Assembly: GCA_964247055.1 (NCBI GenBank)
Contig: OZ176055.1
Span: forward strand, 1,488,001 to 1,552,000
Source of the DNA: Paragordius varius
Lineage: Eukaryota; Animalia; Nematomorpha
Length of the DNA: 64,000 nucleotides
Direction: 5' to 3'
Positions 51,771 to 64,000 of the stretch are shown in pieces. The notes under the pieces were generated by a model that saw only the letters and a program-made list of their open reading frames with translations, made no database searches and was not told where the DNA came from. The first letter of the stretch is position 1; the number at the start of each line of letters is the position of its first letter. A program made the translations under genes and the position numbers.

Positions 51771-52629
51771 TTTAATTTATCACAAATAATTTGGACAATG
51801 TTTATTTTGATATAAAGAGCACGGATTTCCCAAGGTTACAATTACAAAGATTGTTTTAACATTAAGGATTTCGTTGTAATTTAAGTCAAAATTTATATTC
51901 GAGTGTCTCTCCCTTATCGCATTTCATTATAACAACAGTTAAAAGTTAGAAGATAGTTTTTAAAACATTCCTTGTCATTAGTATAAAAGGTTAAAGAGCA
52001 TTTTTATATAAAAATGGTAAAAAAAATCTTTAAAATATAAAATTATGCAAAAAACTGACCACATAAATAATACCAATTTCATTTTTATATTATTTATATG
52101 TTCTTTCCATGGATTTGACATCTCAATTATAAAAGTTGGTCGATTATATCAAGAAGAAATGACAAATTATATTTTATGCTAATATTTTTTGTTTTTAAAT
52201 CACGCAAGTTTTTGGATATTAAAAAGCAATCAATCATATATCCAGCGCACCCGGTTATGTCAAAACTTAAATTACGAAATCTTCATGACCGCTTTATGAT
52301 AACTTTCAGGTAAGTGTTGGTGGTTTTCAAATAAGATAAGCAGATTGGTGTGCTTAAATTATCTAATAACTTACTATTATTAAACATATATGCTTAACTT
52401 ATTTATCATATTACCTCCACGCATGTAAACACATGCTTTTAATCGAGTGGGAAAGGTACGGTATACCTACCCATCTCTTATCGATCTTTTTTACCAAAAA
52501 CATTGATTTTATACCTTCTCCGAATATTAGAATTAGTTATATTATATTCCTTACATATCCATAACATATTTCTCGTCACATTCCCCCAGTCTAAGCACAT
52601 TCTGCTAATTTTGAAATCACGTAATCTCA

Positions 52630-53183
52630 GCATCCGCATCGCAACGACGTGTGCCTACAACAATCACAAACTAGATATAGTAGTTAACGAAATGACTAAA
52701 CATAAAATTGACATACTAGATTTCAGAATCCCACATTCCCTCTACCGAGAACTTTAGAATTTGACAATCATATTCTGTATTACTCCGGCCATGACTCGTT
52801 AAAATACAACGTCGGTATAATAATGAACAAAAAGCTAGCTAACTTATCGGACATTTTTAATCCAATCAAGGAACGTATAATTTCAATCCGCATACAAACA
52901 ACCCCTCAACCCATTACTATCTTTCAAATTTACGCCCCTACCTCCTCTTACAGCGATGACGACTGTGAAAAATTTTACAGTGATCTCGACTTGGCGATTT
53001 CCCAAATCTCAAAAAAAGATATCTTATTTATTTTAGGCGATTTCCATTTAATCATAGAAAGAGACAAAACACCTCCTATGACGGGCGGCATGGGCTGAGA
53101 GAGGAGACAGATTGATTGAATTTTGTGCTAGCCATCGTTTCATCGTCTCAAACACCCTTTTTAAACAGCCCAAACGACGTCTA
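52630..53183 (+). mobile_element. RTE-clade LINE fragment: apurinic endonuclease domain
   Basis: RIAT.., ERIISIRIQTTPQPITIFQIYAPT, FILGDF and LIEFC..NTLFKQPKRRL; truncated abruptly. Confidence 0.9.
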
Positions 53184-55840
53184 TGAAAAATACTCGCATA
53201 TCATATCGACATAAATAAGCTAGCTGACAAGGTTACCAATGCGGTAGTTTTTTCAACAAGCGCCCCAAATATTGAAGATTACAACTTATAAAGGTTTTAC
53301 ATTTCCCATCACAGTGCTCTCATGATTTTACAATGATGTTTAGACAAACTTGATATACCAGGTACCTGTGTTCTGATAGATGATATCGACTCAATACTAC
53401 AAACGAAAATCATTAACAGGTACGAGTTCAAATCGCCATTTCACTATTAAGATACTAATTTGTATTTAATCATGATATGGAGCCCACAAATAAACATTAG
53501 AGGTTTAAAAATGTTCTGTACCTTTTAACCAAACTGCGATCTTTTGAAAATTTTCTATGGTATATAAACCTACCTTAATTTGATATTGCTCAAGTTTAAC
53601 GGAGACAACCAAAAAAAGGATTTTTCTAAAGCAAAAATTTATTAGCGGACTCCCGAATTTTGCCTTATTATAAACACTTTTCTCATTTAATTGAAAAGCA
53701 ATTGAGTGAAACAATAATCCAAAAATTGGAAATATATATGCAAAAATATGCATGCAAAATCTTAGTAATTGATATTTCTTATACAAATTTTCTCAATATC
53801 TTTTACCATTGGAAACCAATTAAATAAAATTGTTATATTTTAAATTTTAGGCGTTATGCTTAAAATGTAATAAATATTTATAAATTATATTCGATTGCAG
53901 GCGAAGACATTTGTGTTGGACACCCCTATAGAACAACTCAGATAAAGCGCCATTCTTAGGTATATAAACGACATTTTATTGTCAGTAATATTAATAATGA
54001 GAACAACTCTACGCCTGAAATAAAGCGAAGAATTGCTATTGCTAAAGCAGTAACTTTTAAATATAACAGGATTTGGATGTCACATGACATTAAACTACAA
54101 ACCAAAATCTGATTAATCAAAGCTACAGTTTTCCCCACATTCATGTATGGGGGGGGGAAAGCTGGACACTGAAAAAATATGATGAACGTCTAATAAACTT
54201 TTTCGAATTATGGGTTTGGAGGAAACTTCTTCAAACAAAATGGACAGACAAAGTTTCAAACACCACCATTCTAAATAAAATTAACCCAGAAATGTCACTT
54301 CTTGGCAGCTTAACACGGCAAAAACTCTCCTTCTTCGGGCACATCATAAGATCCAGCTCACTTGAAAAATCACTGATGCTGGGGAAAGTGAGTGGTGCCC
54401 GAAAAAGAGGGAGTAGACGAACTCGTTGGATGGATAACATCCTTAAAGAAACCAACCAATCCTTATCCGACCTAAACAACAAAACCGGAAATCGCAATGA
54501 ATGGAGAAGCTTTATTTTCAATGTTGCAATTAGTCGGAATCGACTTTAGCAAAACAACAACAACAAATCCAGAGCAGTAAATATGTTTTTTAAAAATTTA
54601 TATATCCCTTGGTTGCTTTGTTGGAATAAAAGGTTAATAACAGTAATAATTTAAGGTGGATGCACAAATCTATCGAATAAGATTATAAAATATACTACAA
54701 AGAGGGTCAAAATTAGCGCACCCGCCATCTAATTATTTATTTACAGTTATTATGACGAGGAGGATTATGCGGTTGACAAAATAAGCCATTATTCAGATAA
54801 AACGTTCTTGATGTAAGAAAAAGAGTCGAGAAAGCAACAAATAGTGAACAATCCTTAAGAGAGTTATAATGAATATAACAAACAATTTGGAAGTTATAAA
54901 TTAATTTTTTATATAAAAACCTTTCTACTCTTTTATGGGTAGATTATTTTGGTGTCATCAATATTATCAGCCCAATGGGTATTTTAACACCTTTATAAGT
55001 GGCTTCACATACATATTGGTAACCATGGGACGATTAACATTGGTAATATAGATAGCGCCTCCTGATTGGGTAAAAAGAATTTATTTAGAGCGATAGCAAC
55101 AAAGAGGATTCTGAATTGTCTTGAAAAACATATCTCTAGTTTAGTCCCTAGAATCGTAACCGACAATACAGATGCTTTGTAGCTAAAGAAGTTAAATTGG
55201 TTTTGGTCAATATCAATTAAAACATATCCGCGAGAAAATTTATCATCCCAAAACAACGGATTGGTGGAAAAGATGAAGGTAACGACTACATAATACCATT
55301 CAAGCCAATGGATGTATACAAGGAAATAAACGGGATTTATCCTAGAGATCGAGTTTCCATGCTTCGTTAAAGTGTTTTGTCCTTTGCATTCCCATAAACT
55401 AAAGTTTACAGTGTTCGAGGGTTGACTCCTGCCGAATATATATAACATAAGAAAAAACCGCGTCGAGAATATCAGCCCATTTAAACTATCTATTTTAAAA
55501 GGAGCTAAGATAAGGTTTTAGACGGGGCATATGAAAGAAAGAGGACTTCTTCCGAGCCGGATACGGAGGGACTCAGTCAATAACACACTGATTATCAAAA
55601 TATTAGAATACCCCGATACGATTTACAGGGTAAATATCACTTATCCCATCATCTCCAATTATTACAGCTTGATCCCCACACAGCATTATACACTGATGGC
55701 ATTAGCCTCGTTACTGAAACGACTTCACCGCTCACATATACAACGCTCAACCCTACCTAGTTAAACTACTTATAATCAGATTTCTAGCAAAGAAGTTCCT
55801 TACCCGGAAAGAATACCCTTTAGAAAAGCTGCAGGCTCTT
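53184..55840 (+). pseudogene. Duplicate of the old Mag-like relic; lacks element 2 and is interrupted by an RTE fragment
   Basis: Colinear with 27232-27602 plus 32241-33980. Confidence 0.85.
53985..54566 (+). mobile_element. 5'-truncated RTE LINE insertion (3' end) with (CAA)n tail
   Basis: SFFGHIIR..LEKSLMLGKVSGARKRG..RTRWMDNI; tail at 54550-54566; absent at the paralogous site near 32730. Confidence 0.9.
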
Positions 55841-56924
55841 AATAGAATAAAATTTGGGGTCAGTGTAAAGAACATCATGGAAATTAGTCAGTCACATATA
55901 ATTATATAAGCATTTTACTTAATTTATGCAGATAGACACAGTTTTTAATTATCATCATATTTTGTAGACATGCAAATAAGAATTGGACAGTCTGACATAT
56001 TGTATATTCGATAAAATAAATAAATTCCAAAGAAATATCATAAATATTTTGCCAGTACGCATCTAGCATTCAATTATTCTACATTCAGTATTTAATAAAA
56101 TGCCGAAAATGTACTTTTATTCATACTGTAAATTAGCTCAGAGTGTAAAGAAAATCAAAATTCCAAAGTTCATCATGCTGGTATTATATATAATTATTTG
56201 TTGAAAAAGACTATTAATCAGCATTAAAATCTTACTTATTATTTTCCAATCATGAAAATCACATAAAAAAGATATAACAACAGTTCGTGAGATTTAGACT
56301 ACGAACCAATAAAAAGTAGACAAAATACTCGCCTAATTAAATTTAACTTTTGTTATTTTGTTAATTGGTTACTTTTATGAATCGAGTTTTTCTTAATGCT
56401 ATGTGCACCCCCGTAATCTAACTGTGGGAAAAGATTGGCTTAATACTATAATCATGACCCTTTGATGATATGATAATTTTTTTAGTGTTTTTGGCTCATT
56501 ATCATAAATCAAAAAACCCATGAACTAGTAAATTAATAGGATGGTATATTATAAAATAAAACAATAAAAACCTAAAAACGAAACTTCTATTTTTACTAAA
56601 GTGCATGATAATCAGCAAAATCTAATTTTTTAGCCTCTTTTTATGTTTAACGAGGCGATTATTAATGAGGAATGACAGACAATGACAAAGGTCTTTTATA
56701 TCCATATAATTTTAAAATATACCTATATTTCATTTTATATCTTAACATCATAAATGGGGGTTTGAAATTTTAAATCAATTAATATGTATAAAACGGATAA
56801 ATAATATTGGATGCTGATTTAATTTATTATATATGTATGTAAAAAATTAACAAGCTATTGTGACCAACACCAAAAAATTATAGTTTGTTGCAAAAAATAT
56901 TTGAAAGGTAAAAGTTGGTTTAAC

Positions 56925-59900
56925 TCATTCATTGTCGCAATTTTCCGACACCTCATTAGCTATACATGAAAAGTGTTGTGCAACCTCCGGCATAGAACCA
57001 AGCACCGAAAATGCTTCTCGTTTATCATCATCTGGGTATTCAAAGGGACCGTCACAGTATTCCTAATTAACATATATTTTTTTGTAATAATTATGGCATA
57101 TATATCATTAACAGCGAGCGCACAAAATCGGCCATCAAAAACATCCTGATTAATTATCTCTATTTAGTTAGACAGAGAAAAAGCAATATGGCAATCAGGG
57201 TGCTTTTGGTTTTAGGACATAATACTCATAAATATTATTTTTTATGGTATTCGCTCGATTCATCTAACTAAATTGGCACACCATCGGTCGAAGAAAAAGC
57301 TAATATTAAACCAAAATATTTTTACTGCTTTTTATATATATATGACAACATTTTTGGAGAAAAAATGCAACATTATGTAGAAGATTCGGTTTTGATAGAT
57401 TAAAAAAACCAGTTTGACTGTTTATGCTATAATTGGAATTTTTTGTATATAAATAAAAAGCCGTCTTTATAATAAATAAAAAAACTGATAAAATTTTTTT
57501 ATATGATTTATTGATTGATTAATTAATTTTTACATTATGTAATGTTTTACCTATCGCAAAAATACACCTAGATCAAATGATTTGACATTCTTTAACGGAC
57601 ACATTCACGTTTGAACCGGTCAAACTTAACCCTACCCTATATGTAAATTTGTAAATATTAGCCCTTTTTAGATGTGGCAATTATTTATATTGAAAATATA
57701 AAAATCACCTTCAACATGGATTCTGGCATATTTAACCCTTCTTGTTCTGATAATTTCTATATAAATCATCAACAATACAAAAAATGAGTTATCATATAAT
57801 AATTGTCACATAATAAAATTAAATGGAAAACATGAAAATTTTTACCTTTGCCTTTTCTAAAGACCTCCGGAAGTGTTTTTTACGCTCAAATTCGTCATCA
57901 TGACAATTTGATTCTTCTATAATATTAATTTTACGATTATGATAAAGTTATATTAAAACTGTTTTATAAATTATTACCAAAGGGTAGCAGCCAATAAGCA
58001 AGCCAGAAATTGTTGCTAAAGGTCATAAAATGGAGCGAAAATTACATAAAATATTTGAAATTATATATAATTCATAGATTGTTACTTACGTAAATTTTGA
58101 GTTGGCTTCAAAATTTGTGATCGGCAAATCACTATATGATATAAAAAAATATATATAATATAGATTGACCTGAGTAAATGCAATTGAAGATTTAGCCATG
58201 GCAAAAGAAGGAAGCGCTCTTTAAACAAGGTTAAGATGTTTCAATCAATCCTGTCAAGAAAAGAGAGACAAAAATCGCAAACCAAATCATTTATTAAATC
58301 ATCACATATTCAGTTATAAACCGTTATATGACATGTTTTTTAATGATTTATTTTTATATTTTTGATAAACATAAATTTTTTGTTCTATCCAGGTATCCAG
58401 AAAAGGGTGTGACAGGCTTGTCCCTACCGTCACTGTCCGCACAGGACGACCCTTACCGCCTTCCTACGCTTTTACACGCCTTTTACATGAAATATCGTTT
58501 TAATTAATGCAAAATAATGCACGTTTGTTTTGATAACATAACGGTTTCTTTGCGATTTTTTTTCTCCCATTAACGGTTTCTTTGTGGTAAATTTATATAA
58601 GTAGTAATCATTATTCATTTTTTTAATTTAATTTTATAATTATCTGTAAACCGTATCTCCTGAACATGCCTTTGGTGAAAGTTTGAGAATATATCTTATT
58701 CAATTTTACGACGATTCCCACATCGTATTAAAATAGATATTTTAAATAATAATATATATAATTATCAATAAATCATTATAAAATCCGTCCTTTTTAACCC
58801 TATTTTTTGTAACTTTTAACATTTATAAAACTACTTTATAATTAAACTTAATAGGCATCATTCAATATTTGAACCAATCAATGTTCAATAATGCAGTTAC
58901 AATCATGGTCATGGAATTAATGATGAATAGGAATCCAAGTTTATAAAAAGTCAAAGGTAATTTTTATTCAAAAATTTATTATTACATATATGAGACAGAT
59001 AAAATGGGGCAAAAATTACAAAAGTATAGTTATTTTAAAAATTAATTATCATTTTGTGTTTTCTTATAAACAAGCATTGAGATTTCTAAAAATCTTAATT
59101 AGATTAATGAATAAAGGTGTGTCCTTTAGGCAATGTTCCCAACGTGGTAATCCATTCAAATTCAATAATGTATATTAGTATACAGTAAATATTGAAATAT
59201 AGACACATTAAATGTAACAACAATTTTTTTTCAAAATACCGCTGTTTTGTTTCTAATTGCCTTATATGGCAAATGTGAATAACATATGTAAATTAGTAAA
59301 ACAAACATTATTGTTTGCAGATGTAATAAATTAATTTATATGTTAAAAAATAAATTTTTAAAAGTAAATGGTTGTCATTGTCTTTATATTTTAATGTTTT
59401 GCCTGTATAATTTAATAATTATTGACTGATTCCATACAAACAATTTTTTGAGGTTGAAATAATATAAAAATCCCAATCAATAAGATCCTTAAATCTACAT
59501 TTTTGAAATATTTTTTTCATATCGGTGACAAATCTTGATAATTCGCATGTAACCTCAATATGTTTCTAGTTTCATTTTTTAATAGAATTTTTCATATTTT
59601 TTTCGCCCCCTTAGATTTTTCTACGCCCCCTTTTGGGAATCACTGCCACAAGACTTGAATTAGGGTGGCCCGTGGAAAATTTGGAATTATAATATGCAGA
59701 AATGGCAAAATTTCCGTAAAATAATCTACCTTATAAAAATTATTTTCTAAACAAATTCATCTAATTGCCAACGGACCATAAGCCTATTTGTGCTTTTCTA
59801 GCCTTTTATGTTTAAAATCTAATAAATTATTTATGAATATATATATATTTCGAATGAGGCGGCTAATTTTTTGAGTTGAAAATGCGGCCTGCGTAGTCAT

Positions 59901-62900
59901 GCCTGTTGGACACCACTGATTTAAAGATATAAATTTTCTATTTAGTAGTACACTTACATGGAAGGTGCTATATTTTGAAAGTGGGGAACAACTTTGAGGC
60001 CCTCATTTACGTTGTCCAAGAAGTCCTCGGCTTTTGGCTTTGGTTTAATCTAAAAATATATATCAATTAACATCTCTAATAAAACACTAGTTTAAACTTA
60101 ATTAGCCAAATCATAATTTATATGTAAATTGTAATAACTCACCAATTCTATCGGATCATGTTTTGGTGCGAACTCTGATATAGTTTCATTTATATCCTAA
60201 TATATAACATATTATATTTAAGGTCAAATTTTGGGTAAGAGTAAACAACGCTTTTGACAAACTAATTCGTCCCCGTTTACAAATTAATTATATACACGGC
60301 TCAGTTTAATCTACTAATCCAATCCGATTTCACTAAAGCTTTATTTGATCCAATATATTTGATATTTTGAATTAAATATTTTTGAACTCAAGCTGCCTCT
60401 AAAAATTATAGTTTTGGGTATATAAATATTGCTTAATTTTTTTATAGACAAAAATACGAAAAGCAATCAACTCATATCCTTGACTGTGCGGCAAAAATTA
60501 AATGTCACATATCATTTGATAGCTAAAAGCTTCGGGATGATAATGAATATCGAATCGACCAATGCGGATAAAATAATAGTTATTATAATTATTCTGCTAT
60601 TAGTCAAAATCGAAAAATCGCATTCGCACATTATGCAAAGTAAAATTGAAATACTTTGGAGGAAAGCGCGTCCACCATATTTTATTTGTTAAGATGTGCA
60701 GATTATCGAAAAAACATTTTTTGAAGGATAGAAATTTTACAAGACGGAAAGACAAATTTGAACAATTTATGTGATAAAAGATTTTAATTATTATTTTATA
60801 ATCATGTTTTTACTTTTCAAAGTGCGTTTAGCTTTAATTATTGCAAGCTTTACTATTTAAAAATGAAAGATTGATTTAGCCTACCTGTATCTCCACCCAA
60901 GCAAGATTATAAAATATGTTCCGATTACATTTTTAACACAGTATAAGCCATGTAGAAAATTAAACAAAATAAATACTCAAACAGAACTCCTGACAGAGTG
61001 TTTAAAATTAAATATAGCTTAATATTTTGGTCAGGTAATGAATAGGCTTTTTGCAGTCCATATTGTTATGATATGGGTAATAATTAAAAATCTAATATTA
61101 TTTTATGCCTAATTATCAAAAATAGCACTATTTTAAATGAATAAATATAGCCAATACAATTACGAAAATGCCGATTCCTTATACTAATAAATATTGCCTA
61201 AACTTACAGATTGTGCGGTTTAAATCTGAGTTATTATATTTTTTTATACCAAAAAAGGATAAAAATGTATATTTTTCATCAAAAATTTGGCATATTTTGT
61301 TAATGTTAGATAAATACCTCATCTTCATGTGTGTTCAGTCGGGCATCGGTAACAAATTTTTGTATGTTTTTCTAAAACAAATAGAAGTAAAATATCATTA
61401 TTTAAAAAAAGATAAAGTTATTTTTTACCATATATTCAGTTGGTAATTCAAGTTGAGTCGAATATGTTAGGTAACGGTAGAAATCCGGATGAAAGTGTAA
61501 CATATTGACACATCTAGTGGGCAAATGGGTAGAATTAAAATATTTTTGAGTATCATCAACTGCGACCCGAAAATCTCTAAAAGTTGGAGCAGTAAAGGCT
61601 GCCAAATCATTCGCCATAAATAGGATTAAAAGATCCTTCAACATTCTAATTATATGATAATATATATGTATTTGGATATTGCATCACATTGTAATATGTG
61701 TAAAATATTTGGATGTAGAATCCAACTCAGTCAGTGTTTCAGAAAAGAATTATCATAATGCGCGAGATGATTTTATTTTAACACTATTTTATTATTTAAA
61801 AGCAACATAATTGTGAACATTTTATGAAGTGGATAGTTATAACTATATTGGATGATCAATTATTAGCCTTACCTTGGATTTTGTTTTAACATAGAACCAA
61901 TGAATGTGCTATATTTTTTCGTAAAATCAGTATTTTCATCTATGAATTCGAATTCATCTTGGCACACCATCCCAACCTTTTCCCAACGTTTTCTCATAGC
62001 AACCCTCATAATTTTCTGATAAAATAAATAATTATTTTTTGTACTTGATATATGTCGTCATCGCTCATATCTTTAATATCCTAAAAACATTACTATAAAA
62101 GAACTATACCTTTTCCCAATCAACGCTAAAATTGCACGTCATATTATTAACGGGAGTTGATTTGTTAACCTAAAATATTTTATCATAGAAATAAAATTTA
62201 ATAAAACATACATAAAGTTAAAAATGGGTATCCCTTTATAAAAGAATCGATGGTAGATTTTTAAAATACGTGATATATTGGACTAAATGATTTAATAAAA
62301 GAGGTTTACTCATTCTGTTTTAACTACACCTTAGCCTTTTGTTTCGTGTTAACGGACATCCTTATTAAAGCACTATCAAAAAACAACAAAATATATATAT
62401 TTGCTAAATTCCATAGGCTAAGAGCTTATAATTAACATTGAATTGATCACCAAGTATCACAAAATTCATTTTTTCTGGTGTTGGCCAAAACACAGCATTT
62501 TTGCCGGACGATACGCTTTTTGCTACATGCTAAGCTTATATTGTTTTAAGTTAATCATGTGTTAAATATTTCGATTCCTTCCGATAAATGAAAAATAACG
62601 CTTTGAAAAACTCGTAAAATGAGCCTGTACGGTAAAATGTATCTATATTATTATTACCTAAACAAATATTTCATTTGCGCTTCAAAGAATGTCTTTAAAC
62701 ACTACAAGTTGGCCCTTTAAAATTCATGTTGGTACTTAAATTTTATTTTTTCATTTAAAATTAACATTTTTTATATAAAACAACCAACTTCTTTTGTTTC
62801 GAATATCGATTCCACGCATTAACCTAATAATGTTACTAATCAAAAATTGCAATTTATAATCCAGACTTGAATAATTTTTAATTCCGTGCGATAATTTTAC

Positions 62901-64000
62901 CGAAATTTAAATATTTTTAAAAAATAAATAAAATACGGTTTTTATATAAAAAAGCTAATATAGAAATTTTTAAATTTTGGTTAAATAAATATATTAGATA
63001 AAACATATTATTCTAATATCATACATAGTTTAATTAATAAATGTTAAAAAACAAAATAAATAGGTTAATTCTGGAAGTTCTCAAGAAAAAGCTTAATTTG
63101 TTTTCAACTGGTAATGTTCAAGGACCAAATCAAAATGTTATAAAGGAATCTTGAAGGGCAAATGGAATATATGACTATCTAGAGTTGTATCTGGGGTTCC
63201 AAACATATTTTTTATAAATACATTAAAGAATATGGCGGTACTCGAATTTCAAAGCTCGTTTCAAGGTATAATAATCGTTTTTATAATTTAGAACTTAAAA
63301 TATTTTAAAGCAGTGTAGCCCTATCAAAGTGTTCGCATAAAATAATATCCTGATATAATATTCATTAAAAAATTCTATCAGGGTTATGTTGGTGCTTTTT
63401 TGGCCCTAACTAGTGGAAAACTATTTACACTTTTGTTGTAACTTCTACATATCAGAATATGTCATAATTTGCGCACATTTAAAATTTTTTCGTGAAAGCC
63501 AATGTTTTATTTTAAAAAAATATTACTAAAATATATCATAAAATAAGCAAATACTATTTTTACAAAATTTAATTTTAGATGCCAACTTTAAAAGTCCCAA
63601 ATTTAAAATGGGCTTATTATCTAAAAATGAAGGTGAAAAGGCGGAAATTTTGCGAGAAAGTTTTGTAATATATGCTAGATTAAGGCATAACAAAACATAT
63701 ATTTTAACAAATTGCTTATTTTCTTCAAAAATTTAATTTTTAGCAAAAAAAGCATACTTCATATTATTTTAAAGCATGCCTTTATTTTAAAAGAACTTGC
63801 ACTTTTAAGGCTAAATTTGAGATTTTTAGAGCACACATCTAAAAATTAAAATATTATAAAAATATATGCTTTTTATGTGGAGTTTTTGATATAATTGGTG
63901 ATACTTTTTGTAATGAAGGTTTTAGCTTTCGCCAAAAAATTTGTTTAACAAAATTTCCACGATTTTTGCCATTTTCTGATGTGGAGTGCTTACCAAAAGA
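56925..64000 (-). pseudogene. M13-like gene copy B (3' portion; 5' exons lie beyond the window), likely frameshifted
   Basis: Terminal exon 56925-57062 intact (..VAQHFSCIANEVSENCDNE*); two 2-nt deletions in the exon homologous to 35658-35745. Confidence 0.55.
58389..58482. other. 94-nt GC-rich insertion specific to copy B
   Basis: Absent at the paralogous site 36510-36515 (GTTCTA|TTTACATG). Confidence 0.9.

Larger units (their letters stand above)
53184..64000 (+). repeat. Segmental direct duplication, copy B of 27232-~42010 (continues beyond the window)
   Basis: Continuous colinearity at an offset of about 21.9 kb once copy-specific insertions are discounted; identical track ORFs (37019/58990, 38452/60429, 39194/61168, 39428/61402). 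Confidence 0.97.

Noticed and set aside
55005-55448. 147-aa minus-strand ORF (and 33141-33332)
   Set aside because: Antisense to the integrase relic; not conserved as an ORF between duplicates.
58389-58482. Ribozyme assignment for the GC-rich insertion
   Set aside because: No CTGATGA/GAAA hammerhead core and no room for the HDV P1-P2-P3 nesting on either strand.

Overview
Very AT-rich animal (bilaterian) genomic DNA; no prokaryotic features, CRISPR arrays, rRNA or intact tRNA genes seen. (1) A spliced Pax6 gene on the minus strand (ATG at 7178, eight exons, last exon still open at base 1, >995 aa). Its paired-box and homeobox exon sizes match vertebrate PAX6, but the linker and C-terminus are hugely expanded. 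(2) About 12 kb away, head-to-head, a miniature Fos-family bZIP gene (19216-19755) whose conserved zipper intron is only 23 nt. (3) A nest of Ty3/gypsy Mag-clade LTR retrotransposons (22308-~34000): two structurally complete but coding-dead elements with 5-bp TSDs and TG...TA LTR ends, plus an older relic of the same lineage. (4) A highly divergent neprilysin/M13-peptidase-like gene largely missed by the ORF track (minus, 35048-43713), with several 29-44 nt introns. (5) A direct segmental duplication (27232-~42010 vs 53184->64000) carrying the Mag relic and the 3' part of the M13-like gene; identity switches abruptly from moderately diverged to near-identical inside the gene. (6) A 1.85-kb tandem duplication that may be decayed M13-like sequence, a Buster-type hAT transposase relic, RTE LINE fragments, a tRNA-Lys-like SINE head, MITEs and (TA)n microsatellites. 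All family calls come from motif recognition by eye, not database searches, and identity figures are by-eye estimates. The ultra-short introns suggest a genome-reduced bilaterian, but that is inference.
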